From the NCBI GenBank assembly GCA_965223415.1, contig OZ245002.1, positions 3,328,001 through 3,392,000 of the forward strand: a stretch of DNA of 64,000 bases, written 5' to 3'. The notes beneath the pieces are model-generated. The model saw only the letters and a list, made by a program, of their open reading frames with translations. It was not told where the DNA came from and ran no database searches. The position numbers and the translations under genes were made by a program. Source of the stretch: Myxococcota bacterium. GTDB lineage: Bacteria > Myxococcota_A > UBA9160 > UBA6930. This document shows positions 42,335-51,713 of the stretch, one piece after another. Numbering within the stretch: the stretch's first letter is position 1; each line of letters begins with the position of its first letter.

Positions 42335-43707
42335 GACGCCGCCTGTCCATCGGGGTCCAGTGGACCCTGCGCTACACGCTGGCGCTGCTGGTGACGGTCT
42401 CGATCTTCGGCGTCTACACCTATGCCCAGATCGCCAGCCGTACCGAACGGGACGCCCGCCTGGTGCTCGAGCTCCAGGTGAACGAGGTGGCGGTGCACGC
42501 GGCGGCGGACGGGCCGGAGGCGCGAGTCGACACGATCGAGCGCGGCATTGCCAGCGCCGAGTCCGGGCTCAAGCTCGGCTTCGCCCTCTTCGACGAGGAG
42601 GGCGAGCTGCTCGTCGCCCGCGGCTCCCTGGCCCGCTACCCGACGCCGCTTCCCCAAGGCGTGCTGGCCGGCGAGGACCAGTCCGCCTTCGACGAGATCG
42701 ACGTCGGCGAGAACTACCCCTACCTGGTGATGGCGGTGCGCTCGCCGCCGGGCTTCGTCCAGGGTGCCCTCTACACCCGGCCCTTCGTGCGCAACGCGCG
42801 GGAGGTGCGCGACATCTACCTGTACTCGCTACCGGTGCTACTGCTCCTCACCGCCGCGCTGGGCTACGGGCTCGCCCGCGGCAGCCTGCGCCCCCTCGCG
42901 GAGATGAACACGACGGCGCGGCGCATCTCCGGGACGAACCTGGAGGAGCGCATTCCGACCAGGGGCTCCGGCGACGAGCTGGACGAGCTGGCCGCCACCT
43001 TGAACGACATGATCGCCCGCATTGGCCGCAGCGTGGAGCGGATGCGGCGCTTCTCCGGCAATGCCGCCCACGAGCTGCGCACCCCGCTGAACGCCCTGCG
43101 CAGCCGGCTCGAGGTGACCCTCGAGCAGCCCCGCGATGCGGAGGAGGCGCGCAAGGCCCTGGAGGAGACGGCCCAAGAGGTGGAGAGCCTCTCGGACGTG
43201 GTGCACGCGATGATGCGCCTGGCCCAGTCCGAGGCCGGGCTGGCGCCGGAGCAGCGCACCTCCGTGGACGTCGCCTCCCTGCTGCGGGAGGCGGTGGACT
43301 TCTTCGCGCCGCTCGCCGAAGAGGCCGAGGTCGAGCTCACCGCCGAGCTGGGGGAGCCTCTCCAGGTGCCCGGCGATTCCGCCTGGCTCCACGAGCTCTT
43401 CGCGAACCTGCTCGACAACGGCATCAAGTACACGCCCGCCGGCGGAAAGGTCGCCGTCGAGGTCGAGAGCACTCCGGAGGCTGTGCTCGTCCGGGTCCGG
43501 GACGACGGCCACGGCATCCCCCGCGAAGACCTCTCCCGCATCTTCGAGCCCTTCCACCGCGTCGGCGATCGCAGCACCGCCCCGGGCGTCGGCCTGGGCC
43601 TGCCCATCAGCCGCGAGATTGCCCGCGCCCACGGCGGCGAGCTCTGGGCCGAGAGCCCCCCCGGCGAAGGCGCCACCTTCCTCGTGCGACTGCCGGTCCG
43701 GGGCTAG
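42331..43707 (+). CDS. Sensor histidine kinase (2 TM, HAMP)
   Basis: HAMP (DELDELA.TLN.M), AAHELRTPL, NLLDNGIKY, DDGHGI, FEPFHR, GVGLGL. Confidence 0.93.
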   Translation: MRRRLSIGVQWTLRYTLALLVTVSIFGVYTYAQIASRTERDARLVLELQVNEVAVHAAADGPEARVDTIERGIASAESGLKLGFALFDEEGELLVARGSLARYPTPLPQGVLAGEDQSAFDEIDVGENYPYLVMAVRSPPGFVQGALYTRPFVRNAREVRDIYLYSLPVLLLLTAALGYGLARGSLRPLAEMNTTARRISGTNLEERIPTRGSGDELDELAATLNDMIARIGRSVERMRRFSGNAAHELRTPLNALRSRLEVTLEQPRDAEEARKALEETAQEVESLSDVVHAMMRLAQSEAGLAPEQRTSVDVASLLREAVDFFAPLAEEAEVELTAELGEPLQVPGDSAWLHELFANLLDNGIKYTPAGGKVAVEVESTPEAVLVRVRDDGHGIPREDLSRIFEPFHRVGDRSTAPGVGLGLPISREIARAHGGELWAESPPGEGATFLVRLPVRG

Positions 43708-43711
43708 GGCT

Positions 43712-44458
43712 TCAGCCCGGGCCGGTTCCGGCGCGCGCGCGCACCCAACGCGAGTACGCCGCCGGCGGCAGGAAGGCCAGGTAGATGGCGGTTGCGGCCA
43801 CGAGGCCGAGGTTGCCGATCAAGGCGGCACCCGCCGCGCTGGCGATCAGGTCCACCTCCAGAGCGGAGCTCAGGTTGGTCGCTGCGCTGAGGACGGTCGC
43901 GACGGCCATGGCGATGGCCCAGAGCCGCACGCGATCCCTCACGACCGGCTCGGCGAGTCCGAGCGCGGCGCGCCGGCGCAGGAACGATGCGTACCGCGTC
44001 GACTCGAAGGCCGTCCAGGCGAGGATGAAGAGCGTCACCGCGCCGAAGAGATGGACGCCCCATCCCTCGTTGTGCAGGGCACGCTCGAATCCCGTGGTGA
44101 GCGGGACCGAGAGGAGGCTGGCCGGGATCGCGACGATGAGAGCCGTCGCGAGAGCGCGGGCCCAGCTCTCGTTCGGCCGGAACACCCTCCAGTTGAAGAT
44201 CGCGAACCCGCTCATGCCGGTGCCCACGATCGCGAGCTGGAGCACGTAGAGCGCGATGCGCGTCTCCAGCTCGAGATCCAGGGGTGCCTTGGCGAGCGCC
44301 CCGAACGGCGTGGCCACACCCCCCATGAGGAACAGGCCCGCGCCCAGCACGCACTCGGGAAGGCCGCGGGTCCGGCGGGCGAGCCACAGCAGGCGTCCCC
44401 CTCCCACGAGACACACCCCCATGAACGCCAAGCCACCGATCGCCGCGATCCACTCCAC
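43712..44458 (-). CDS. Uncharacterised integral membrane protein (about 7 TM)
   Basis: About seven hydrophobic segments, RTRGLPE loop, F...VFRP, LAFLPP..Y C-terminus; SD GGAGAGG. Confidence 0.7.
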   Translation of the reverse strand: MEWIAAIGGLAFMGVCLVGGGRLLWLARRTRGLPECVLGAGLFLMGGVATPFGALAKAPLDLELETRIALYVLQLAIVGTGMSGFAIFNWRVFRPNESWARALATALIVAIPASLLSVPLTTGFERALHNEGWGVHLFGAVTLFILAWTAFESTRYASFLRRRAALGLAEPVVRDRVRLWAIAMAVATVLSAATNLSSALEVDLIASAAGAALIGNLGLVAATAIYLAFLPPAAYSRWVRARAGTGPG

Positions 44459-44534
44459 GGAGCCCCTCTCCCCGCAGGCGGTTCGGACGGGCGGCGCCCG
44501 CGCTTGAGCGCCGGGCCGGGGCCGTTCGTTGCCC

Positions 44535-45629
44535 CTAGTCGAGGCGTTTGCGGAAGCGGAGCATGGCCAGGGTCATGCTGACGGCGAAGAAGAGGGCGAG
44601 GGGCCAGAGGTCGGGGGTGAGCTGGCCCAGCTCGGCGCCGCGCAGGACGATGCCGCGCACGATGCGCAGGAAGTGGGTCAGGGGGAAGGCCTCGGCCAGC
44701 CACTGGGCGGCGCGGGGCATGCCGTCGAAGGGGAACATGAAGCCCGAGAGCAGCATCTGGGGCAGGAAGCTCACGAACGTCATCTGGAAGGCCTGGAACT
44801 GGGTGGAGGCTGCGGTGGAGATGAACAGGCCCAGGGTGAGGGCGGCGGCGACGAAGGCGCCGGCGCCGAGCGCGAGGTCCGCGACGGCTCCGCGCATGGG
44901 CACCTCGAAGAGCAGGGCGCCGAGGCTCAGGATCAGGGTCACCTGCACGTAGCCGATGATCACGTAGGGGGCGATCTTGCCGATCATCAGCTCGAGGGTT
45001 TGCACCGGCGTCGTGATCAGCAGCTCCAGGTTGCCGCGCTCGCGCTCGCGCACGATCGCGATCGACGTGAAGAGCACCATGGTGAGTGTCAGGATCACGC
45101 CGCACAGGCCCGGCACGATGTGGATGGGGGAGCGGCGCTCCGGGTTGAAGTAGGCGCGCACGGCGAAGGCACCGGGCCCCGGAGTGGAGGCGCTGCCGGG
45201 CATCGGCAGGCCCGCGAGACCGCGGGCGGCGCCCAGCACGATCGGGTCGCCGCCGTCCACCAGGAGCTGGGCCGCCGGCCGCCCCCCTCGCACGAGGCGC
45301 CGCTCGAAGTCCGGCGGGATCACGAGCCCCACCGAGATGCGGCCCTCGACGAGCAGGGCCTCCAGCTCCGCCGCGGTCCCGCGCCGCTCGACGATGTCGA
45401 TCACCTGGGTGGCCGCCGCATCGGCGGCCAGGGCTCGCGAGGCCTGGGTGCCCGCCCGGTCCACGAGGCCGGCCCGGAGGTGGCGCACGTCCTGGTTGAT
45501 CGCGTAGCCGAAGAGCAGCGTCATCATGATCGGGATGCCGGCGATCATCCCGCCGGTCAGGCGATCCCGGCGCAGGTGGAGCAGCTCCTTGCGGGCGATG
45601 GCGCCGATCCGCGTGGCGGACACCCTCAC
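44535..45629 (-). CDS. ABC-2 type exporter permease (YbhR/S-like)
   Basis: AIARKE...RRDR, LFGYAI, AIVRERERGNLE.L..TP, GKIAPY, LSGFMFP...MP, PLTHFL. Confidence 0.9.
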   Translation of the reverse strand: MRVSATRIGAIARKELLHLRRDRLTGGMIAGIPIMMTLLFGYAINQDVRHLRAGLVDRAGTQASRALAADAAATQVIDIVERRGTAAELEALLVEGRISVGLVIPPDFERRLVRGGRPAAQLLVDGGDPIVLGAARGLAGLPMPGSASTPGPGAFAVRAYFNPERRSPIHIVPGLCGVILTLTMVLFTSIAIVRERERGNLELLITTPVQTLELMIGKIAPYVIIGYVQVTLILSLGALLFEVPMRGAVADLALGAGAFVAAALTLGLFISTAASTQFQAFQMTFVSFLPQMLLSGFMFPFDGMPRAAQWLAEAFPLTHFLRIVRGIVLRGAELGQLTPDLWPLALFFAVSMTLAMLRFRKRLD

Positions 45630-46567
45630 GGGGCGGCCCCCGGGCGCTCCCGGGTGGCCGCAACGAAGACGTCCTCCAGGTTGGCGCGGGCGTCGCGGCA
45701 GCGGGCCTCGATACCGGCGTCGGCCAGGGCCCGCTGCACCCGGGCGGCGGGCTCGGCGGTCTCGCGATCGACCAGGGCATGGAGTCGGCTGCCGATCTGG
45801 GCGGCGCTCTGCACGTAGGGCAGCGCCTCCAGCCGCTTGGCCGCATCTCGGGCATGGCGGGCCTCGATCTCCACCACCGCCGCATCGATCGACGTCATCA
45901 GCTGCCGCGGCGCACCCGCGGCGACCAGCCGCCCCTCGTCGAGGATTGCGAGCTCGTGGCAGCGCTCCGCCTCGTCCATGAAGTGGGTCGACACGAGGAT
46001 GGTCGTTCCCTGGTCCACCAGGTCGAAGAGGGTCTCCCAGAAGTCGCGACGGCTCTGGGGATCGACGGCGCTGGTGGGCTCGTCGAGGAACAGGAGCTCG
46101 GGCTCGTGGAGGGTCGCTGCGGCCAGGGCCAGGCGCTGCTTCTGCCCGCCGGAGAGGGTGCCGGCCCGCTGGTCCCGGCGGTCGGCGAGGTCGAAGCGCG
46201 CGAGCTGCTCGTTCACCCGCCGTCCCCGGCGCTCTCGGGGCAGGCGGTGGATCTCCGTCAGGAAGCGGAGGTTCTCGCCGACCGACAGGTCCTCGTAGAG
46301 GGAGAAGCGCTGGGTCATGTAGCCGATCCGCAGGCGCAGGGCCTCGGCCTCCCGCGAGGCGTCGAGGCCGAGCACCTCCGCGCTGCCCTCCGAGGGGAGG
46401 AGGAGGCCGCATAACATGCGGATGGTCGTCGACTTGCCCGAGCCGTTCGGTCCGAGGAAGCCGAAGATGCGCTCGCGGGGGACCTCCAGGTCGACGTCGT
46501 CCACCGCCACCAGCGCGCCGAAGCGGCGGGTGAGGCCGCGGGTGCGAATGGCGAGGTCAGTCGTCAT
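45626..46567 (-). CDS. ABC exporter ATP-binding protein
   Basis: GPNGSGKST, LSGGQKQRL, LDEPT, STH. Confidence 0.93.
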   Translation of the reverse strand: MTTDLAIRTRGLTRRFGALVAVDDVDLEVPRERIFGFLGPNGSGKSTTIRMLCGLLLPSEGSAEVLGLDASREAEALRLRIGYMTQRFSLYEDLSVGENLRFLTEIHRLPRERRGRRVNEQLARFDLADRRDQRAGTLSGGQKQRLALAAATLHEPELLFLDEPTSAVDPQSRRDFWETLFDLVDQGTTILVSTHFMDEAERCHELAILDEGRLVAAGAPRQLMTSIDAAVVEIEARHARDAAKRLEALPYVQSAAQIGSRLHALVDRETAEPAARVQRALADAGIEARCRDARANLEDVFVAATRERPGAAP

Positions 46568-47522
46568 CGTCCGGCCGGGGCGTGAAGTGGACCTCGACGG
46601 GGACGCCCGTGGGCAGCTCCCGCGCCTCGGCGTCGACGAGCTCGACCTCCGCCAGGTAGACGAGCCGGCCCCGATCGTGGCGGGTCAGCGCGTAGTACGG
46701 CGTGAAGGCGGCTTCGTGGGCGATCTCCCGGAGCCGCCCCCAGTAGGTGCCTTCGAGTCCCTCCACCTCCACCGTGGCCCCGGTCCCCGGAGCGACGCGC
46801 ACCCGCACCGCTTCGGGCACGTGCACCCGGGCGTAGGGCGCGCGGTCCGCGAGCATCACCACTAGCGGCGTCCCGGGGCGGGCTCGCTCGCCGACCTCGA
46901 GGGGAAGCGCATCGATGCGTCCGGCGACGGGGGCGCGGAGGTCGAGCCGTTGCCGGACGACCTCCGCTTCCCGGAGCGCGCCCTCGGCAGCGGCCAGGAC
47001 GCTCTGGGCCCGCTCCAGCTCCTCGACGGTGGAGCCCTCGAGGAGCGCGTCGAGGGAGGCCCGGGCCTGCCCCTCCTGGGCGCGGGCCGTGTCCGCCTCC
47101 GCCCGCAGCAGGTCGAACCGAGAGCGGGAGGCGACGTCCACCCGGGCCAGCGCCTCCACCCGCTCCAGCTCCCGCCGGGCCGTGCGCGCCGCGCTGCGCG
47201 CCCCCTCGAGCAGGGCCCGGCCCTCGGCGATCCTCTCCGCCCGGGGCCCGCGAGCGGCTTCCGCGGTCCGCGCCGCGGCTTCGTCGCGACGGGCCGCCGC
47301 CTGGGCGACGCGCGCGTCCAGCCGGGCCGGGTCGAGGCGTAGCAGCAGGGCACCGGCCTCCACGTCGTCGCCCACCGCCACGAGGATCTCGGCGATCGGG
47401 TCGTCGGTCTCCGCCACCAGCTCGAGGCGATCGCGCTCGAGGGTGCCGACTGCCGGCGCGTCTGCCGGATCGCCGCTGCAGGCGAGCGCCAGCACGAGCC
47501 ACGTCGCCAGCAGCCCCCTCAT
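46557..47522 (-). CDS. HlyD-family membrane fusion lipoprotein (YbhG-like)
   Basis: Lipobox ALAC, lipoyl-like halves (VGDDV..G..L; APVAG), coiled coil, EAAFTPY. Confidence 0.88.
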   Translation of the reverse strand: MRGLLATWLVLALACSGDPADAPAVGTLERDRLELVAETDDPIAEILVAVGDDVEAGALLLRLDPARLDARVAQAAARRDEAAARTAEAARGPRAERIAEGRALLEGARSAARTARRELERVEALARVDVASRSRFDLLRAEADTARAQEGQARASLDALLEGSTVEELERAQSVLAAAEGALREAEVVRQRLDLRAPVAGRIDALPLEVGERARPGTPLVVMLADRAPYARVHVPEAVRVRVAPGTGATVEVEGLEGTYWGRLREIAHEAAFTPYYALTRHDRGRLVYLAEVELVDAEARELPTGVPVEVHFTPRPDDDD

Positions 47523-48190
47523 CACGCCTCCTCCCGGGGTGCTGCGCCCTCGACGAACAAGCGGACCGTGTGCTCGGCGAGCCGGTCGGCGAAGCCGGCG
47601 TCCACCTCCACGCCCAGCACCGGGCCCACCACCGGCACCGCGACGAACGGGAACACGCACATGCCGAGCACCGAGAGCACGGTGAGCTGGGGGTCCAGGT
47701 CCGCCCGCAAGCGCCCGCTCGCGATCTCTTGCTCGAACAGCGCCGGCACCAGCGCCGCCGCACGCCGGGCGAAGCGCTCTACGAAGCGCTCGCGCACCGG
47801 CGTGTCCGCCGCCAGGACCTCGCGCACGAGAAGCTGGGGAATCCACGGCTCCCGGCCGATGGTGCGCAGGTAGAGCGGGATGAAGCGCTCGGCGAAGGGC
47901 CCGTCGGCGCCGGCCCCTTCCGCCGCCAGCTCGCGCACGCCGGCGAGTAGGCGCTCGAAGGCGGTGTCGAGGATCGCTTCGAGCAGTCCGCCCTTGTCGC
48001 CGAAGTAGTAGGGGATCATTGCCGGCGTCACGCCCGCCGCCTCGGCGATCGCCCGCACCGAGGTGCGGGAGTAGCCCTGCTCGGCGATCCGGCGGGCGGC
48101 GGCCTCGATCAGGCGCTGGCGGACGTCCGGGGCTTCCGGGTCCCTGAGGGGGCGGCCCGGGCCGCGGGGTTGGCGCGGAGTGGCGTCCAT
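47522..48190 (-). CDS. TetR-family transcriptional regulator
   Basis: RLIEAA...AEQGY..TS.RAIA..AGV....I.YYFGDK.GL. Confidence 0.93.
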   Translation of the reverse strand: MDATPRQPRGPGRPLRDPEAPDVRQRLIEAAARRIAEQGYSRTSVRAIAEAAGVTPAMIPYYFGDKGGLLEAILDTAFERLLAGVRELAAEGAGADGPFAERFIPLYLRTIGREPWIPQLLVREVLAADTPVRERFVERFARRAAALVPALFEQEIASGRLRADLDPQLTVLSVLGMCVFPFVAVPVVGPVLGVEVDAGFADRLAEHTVRLFVEGAAPREEA

Positions 48191-48196
48191 CGGATG

Positions 48197-48224
48197 ATAT
48201 TAATCATACATTTGATTAATTCAA
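48197..48224 (-). promoter_or_regulatory. sigma70-like promoter with embedded TetR operator
   Basis: Minus strand TTGAAT (48224-48219)-N16-TAATAT (48202-48197); palindrome ATTAATCA-N6-TGATTAAT at 48199-48220; AT island in GC-rich DNA. Confidence 0.75.
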
Positions 48225-48252
48225 ATCCCCGCCTGTGCCAGACTTCGCCGCC

Positions 48253-49788
48253 ATGGGGGAGCAGGGGCGGACGGGGCGGGGCGTGGCGCAGGTCGGGGTC
48301 TCGCGGCCGTCGTCGCTCGCGGCCCTGGTGGCCATCGCGCTGTTCGTGGTCGGCTCCGCCGCGTCCATCGAGACCTCCGGAGCGCTCCTCGTCGGCGCCA
48401 AGGACTGGGTGGTGCACCGCTTCGACTGGCTGTTCGTGGCCATCACCTCCCTGGCGCTCTTCGCCGTCGTCGCGATCGCGGTGCACCCCGGAGCCCGGCT
48501 GCGTCTCGCCGTCGGGGACGAGCCGCCGGAGTTCGGGCGCCTCGCCTGGTTCGCGATGCTCTTCTCCGCCGGGCTCGCCTCCGGCCTGCTCTACTGGGCG
48601 GCGGCGGAGCCGGTCCTCCACTTCCAGGCGAACCCCTTCCTCGCCCCGGCCGGCATCGAGCCCGGCTCCGGCGCCGCAGTGCAGACGGCCCTGCGCATCA
48701 CCGTGCTCCACTGGGGGCTCCACGGCTGGGCCTTCTACGTGATCGTCGCCCTGGCCATCGGGATCTACAGCTACCGCCACGGCCGGCCCCTGACCTTCCG
48801 TACCGCCCTCACCCCGGTGCTCGGCGAACGCTGGGTGGATCGCTGGCCAGGGCGGGCCGCGGACCTGCTCGCCCTGTTCGGCACGGTGTGCGGCGTGGCC
48901 ACCTCCCTCGGCCTCGCCGCGGCGGGGATGAACGCGACGCTCAGCCGGCTCGTCGGCATCGACGTCGGCGTCGGTCACCAGGTGACGATCGTGTTCGGCG
49001 TCTGCGCCCTGGGCGTGCTCTCGGCCGTGTCCGGGCTGGCCCGCGGCATCCGCCGGCTCAGCGAGGTGAACGTGTGGGTGAGCCTGCTGCTGCTCGTGGC
49101 GGTGGCCGCCCTCGGCCCGACCCGCTTCCTCGGCGAGCTCTTTGTCCGCACCGTGGCGGACTACGCCTATCATCTCGTTCCGGTCGGGGCGTGGCTCGCC
49201 GAGACGGCACCGGACCGGGAGTGGCAGGCGAGCTGGACGGTCTTCTACTGGGGCTGGTGGCTGGCCTGGACGCCCTTCGTGAGCCTGTTCATCGCTCGCA
49301 TCTCCAGGGGCCGCAGCGTCCGCGAGTTCGTGCTGGCGGTCATGCTGGTCCCCACCCTGGTGATCATCGTCTGGATGTCGATCCTCGGCGGCACCGCCCT
49401 GCACCAGGAGCTGGCCGAGCCCGGCGCGGTGAGCGCGGCGGTGAACCGGGACTACAGCCTGGGCATCGTTACGCTGATTGCCAACCTCGGTCCGGCAGCG
49501 CCCCAGCGCCCGCTGGTCGCGATCGCTGCCTTCCTGCTCTTCACCTGGCTGATCACCTCGCTCGATTCGGCCACCCTCGTGCTGTGTCACCTGCTGGGCG
49601 CGCCGGAGACGGCGGCACCCAAGGTGTTCTGGGGTACGACACTCGCGGCGGTCACCTGCGCGCTCCTGCTGGTGGGAGGGGTACCCGCGTTGCAGGCGGC
49701 GTCGATCGTGGTCGGCCTGCCCCTCGCGGCGCTGGTCGCCCTGGTCGTGGGCGGCCTGCTGTGGGGCCTCTTCCGGGGTCGGCTCTGA
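48253..49788 (+). CDS. BCCT-family (betaine/carnitine/choline) transporter
   Basis: PEF...WFAMLFSAG...GL.YW..AEP, HWGLHGWA.Y, GVATSLG, WTVFYWGWW.AW.PFV..FIARISRGR, TSLDSA. Confidence 0.92.
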   Translation: MGEQGRTGRGVAQVGVSRPSSLAALVAIALFVVGSAASIETSGALLVGAKDWVVHRFDWLFVAITSLALFAVVAIAVHPGARLRLAVGDEPPEFGRLAWFAMLFSAGLASGLLYWAAAEPVLHFQANPFLAPAGIEPGSGAAVQTALRITVLHWGLHGWAFYVIVALAIGIYSYRHGRPLTFRTALTPVLGERWVDRWPGRAADLLALFGTVCGVATSLGLAAAGMNATLSRLVGIDVGVGHQVTIVFGVCALGVLSAVSGLARGIRRLSEVNVWVSLLLLVAVAALGPTRFLGELFVRTVADYAYHLVPVGAWLAETAPDREWQASWTVFYWGWWLAWTPFVSLFIARISRGRSVREFVLAVMLVPTLVIIVWMSILGGTALHQELAEPGAVSAAVNRDYSLGIVTLIANLGPAAPQRPLVAIAAFLLFTWLITSLDSATLVLCHLLGAPETAAPKVFWGTTLAAVTCALLLVGGVPALQAASIVVGLPLAALVALVVGGLLWGLFRGRL

Positions 49789-49789
49789 G

Positions 49790-50758
49790 TCAGGCCGGCT
49801 TCGAGGCCGCTCGGCGCAGGATGGCCGCGTATCCGCCCGTCTCCACGCAGGCCCGGTCGAGCACGCCTTTCTCCCGCAGCATCGCGTGCATCTTGGGCAG
49901 GTTGTAGTGGGGCACGGTCATCAGCAGGTGGTGCTCCAGGTGGTAGTTCACCCGATTGGGCGCGAGGATCAGCCGCTCCCACCAGCTCGCGAGGGTGGTG
50001 CGGGTGTTGTTCAGCGGGTCGTCGGCGTCGGGCGTGAGGGCGTGCTCGGCGATGGCGCGAATGCGCGTGACCAGCGTGTTCGTGGTGAGGAAGGCCCCGG
50101 CCCAGAGCAGGTAGAGGAGGGGATGGCCGAGGGCGGTGAGCACACCGAGCAGGAGACCGTTCGTCACCAGGAAGCCGATGGCGGCGCGCCGGCCGTCCTC
50201 CGTGTGCCAGCGCCCGAAGCTCCGCTTCCAGGAAGCGCGGGCGAACTTGAGCCCGGTCTGGCCCGAGAGGTCGCGCCACACCTTGCGGCGCAGGCTGGCC
50301 CGGGTGATCGGGAAGGGCGCGACGAGGCCGATGTCCGGATCCTCCGGTGTTCCCGTCCGGGCGTGGTGTCCCAGGTGATAGGGCCGGTAGACGGTGGTGT
50401 CGGTCCAGGTCGGGTAGGCGGCCAGCCACTGCCCGACGAAGTCGTTGACGCGCCGGTTCTCGAACAGGGCGAAGTGGGAGGCCTCGTGCATCAGCACGGC
50501 CATGCCCAGCTGACGCGTGCCGATCAGCACGAGCGCCACCACGACCGTGAGCGGGTTCGGCCACGCGGCCACCAGCGCCATCGCGCCGAACACGATGCCC
50601 CAGTCGATCGCGACCGTTCCCCAGGAGCGGAGATCGTTCATCTGGAGAAGCTCCCGGATCTCCTCGCGCGTGAAGGCGTCGCGCCAATGGGTGTTTCCCT
50701 CGGCCGTGTGGCGCTCGACGATCGACTCGTTCCCTTCGCGGACGGTGGCTGCGGACAT
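49790..50758 (-). CDS. Membrane fatty acid desaturase family protein
   Basis: His boxes HEASH, HLGHH, (AEH) and NYHLEHH..VP.YNLP. Confidence 0.88.
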   Translation of the reverse strand: MSAATVREGNESIVERHTAEGNTHWRDAFTREEIRELLQMNDLRSWGTVAIDWGIVFGAMALVAAWPNPLTVVVALVLIGTRQLGMAVLMHEASHFALFENRRVNDFVGQWLAAYPTWTDTTVYRPYHLGHHARTGTPEDPDIGLVAPFPITRASLRRKVWRDLSGQTGLKFARASWKRSFGRWHTEDGRRAAIGFLVTNGLLLGVLTALGHPLLYLLWAGAFLTTNTLVTRIRAIAEHALTPDADDPLNNTRTTLASWWERLILAPNRVNYHLEHHLLMTVPHYNLPKMHAMLREKGVLDRACVETGGYAAILRRAASKPA

Positions 50759-50766
50759 GGCATCCC

Positions 50767-51612
50767 TCAGGCGAGGACGGGGAGCGGGGCTCCTCCGCCG
50801 GTGTGGATGGGGGCTTCGGCATGGGGAGCGCCGTGGCGCTCCATGAAGGCGGCCCAGAGGCGCCGGCCCCGCCGGTCGTAGCGGCGCATGGCCGTCACCA
50901 GGGCGCGGCGCGGCTCCGGGTCGACCAGCGGCTCGGGCAGGAGCGGGTCGAGCACGAGCTGGCCGATGATGCGGCCGCCGAGCAGGAACGACTCGGCCAT
51001 GGCGCGGGCCTCGTCCACCTGGTCGAGGCGCTGTTCGCTCTCGGCGAGCTCGGCGAGGGAGGCGCGGTAGCCCCGCTCGAGGGCGGCCCCGTCCCACAAG
51101 GCCCGTGCCTCGGCGTCGCTCGCCGGGCCGAGATCGCCCAGCCGGGCCACCAGGGCGCCCGGCTCGAGGCCGAAGGCCGCTAGCGACGCGCGCAGCGCGT
51201 CGGCGCCGCCGCGCAGGTTGTCCGGGCGCAGGTGCAGCCCCGGCCGCAGCTCCTCGAGGCCGTGCCAGCGGAGCGCCCGTTCCCGGGCGCGCCGGGCGCC
51301 GCCGCGGCCTGCCGGGCCGCCTCGGTGCACTGCCAGCCAGCCGCCGCTCCAGCGCCGGGTGGGCTCCTCGAGCCGCCGCCAGCCCGTGAGCTTCCGGGTC
51401 ACCGGTGCGGACGCCGGGCCCAGCCGGTAGCGGCCGCGCTCGTCCCGCTCGACCTGGCCGCCCGCCACCAGCCGTGTCACGGCCACCCGCACGCTGCCCT
51501 CGCCGAGCCCGAAGACCTCGCCGGCGGCGACGAGGGCGGCGATGGGCATGCTCCCGCCGCGCAGGGTGGAGAGCAGGTCGAGGGTGAGACTCTTGCCGGT
51601 GGGTCCGGGCAT
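50767..51612 (-). CDS. PaaX-family transcriptional regulator
   Basis: SL.LDLL, LV..GE.FG...G.VRVA.TRL...G, W.GGW, W......Y, DPLLP..L; start 51612 (51624 possible). Confidence 0.8.
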   Translation of the reverse strand: MPGPTGKSLTLDLLSTLRGGSMPIAALVAAGEVFGLGEGSVRVAVTRLVAGGQVERDERGRYRLGPASAPVTRKLTGWRRLEEPTRRWSGGWLAVHRGGPAGRGGARRARERALRWHGLEELRPGLHLRPDNLRGGADALRASLAAFGLEPGALVARLGDLGPASDAEARALWDGAALERGYRASLAELAESEQRLDQVDEARAMAESFLLGGRIIGQLVLDPLLPEPLVDPEPRRALVTAMRRYDRRGRRLWAAFMERHGAPHAEAPIHTGGGAPLPVLA

Positions 51613-51620
51613 CGTCTTTA

Positions 51621-51661
51621 ACATTACATCAATCGGTCATACGGGCCAATAACTGTAATGT
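51621..51661. promoter_or_regulatory. Long-spacer palindrome, candidate PaaX-type operator
   Basis: ACATTACA (51621-51628)-N25-TGTAATGT (51654-51661) between divergent paaX-like and enoyl-CoA hydratase genes. Confidence 0.7.
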
Positions 51662-51713
51662 ACCCCCCTCGAATCCAGGCTAGACTGGCGCCCCCGAAGG
51701 CCCCGGAGGACCC

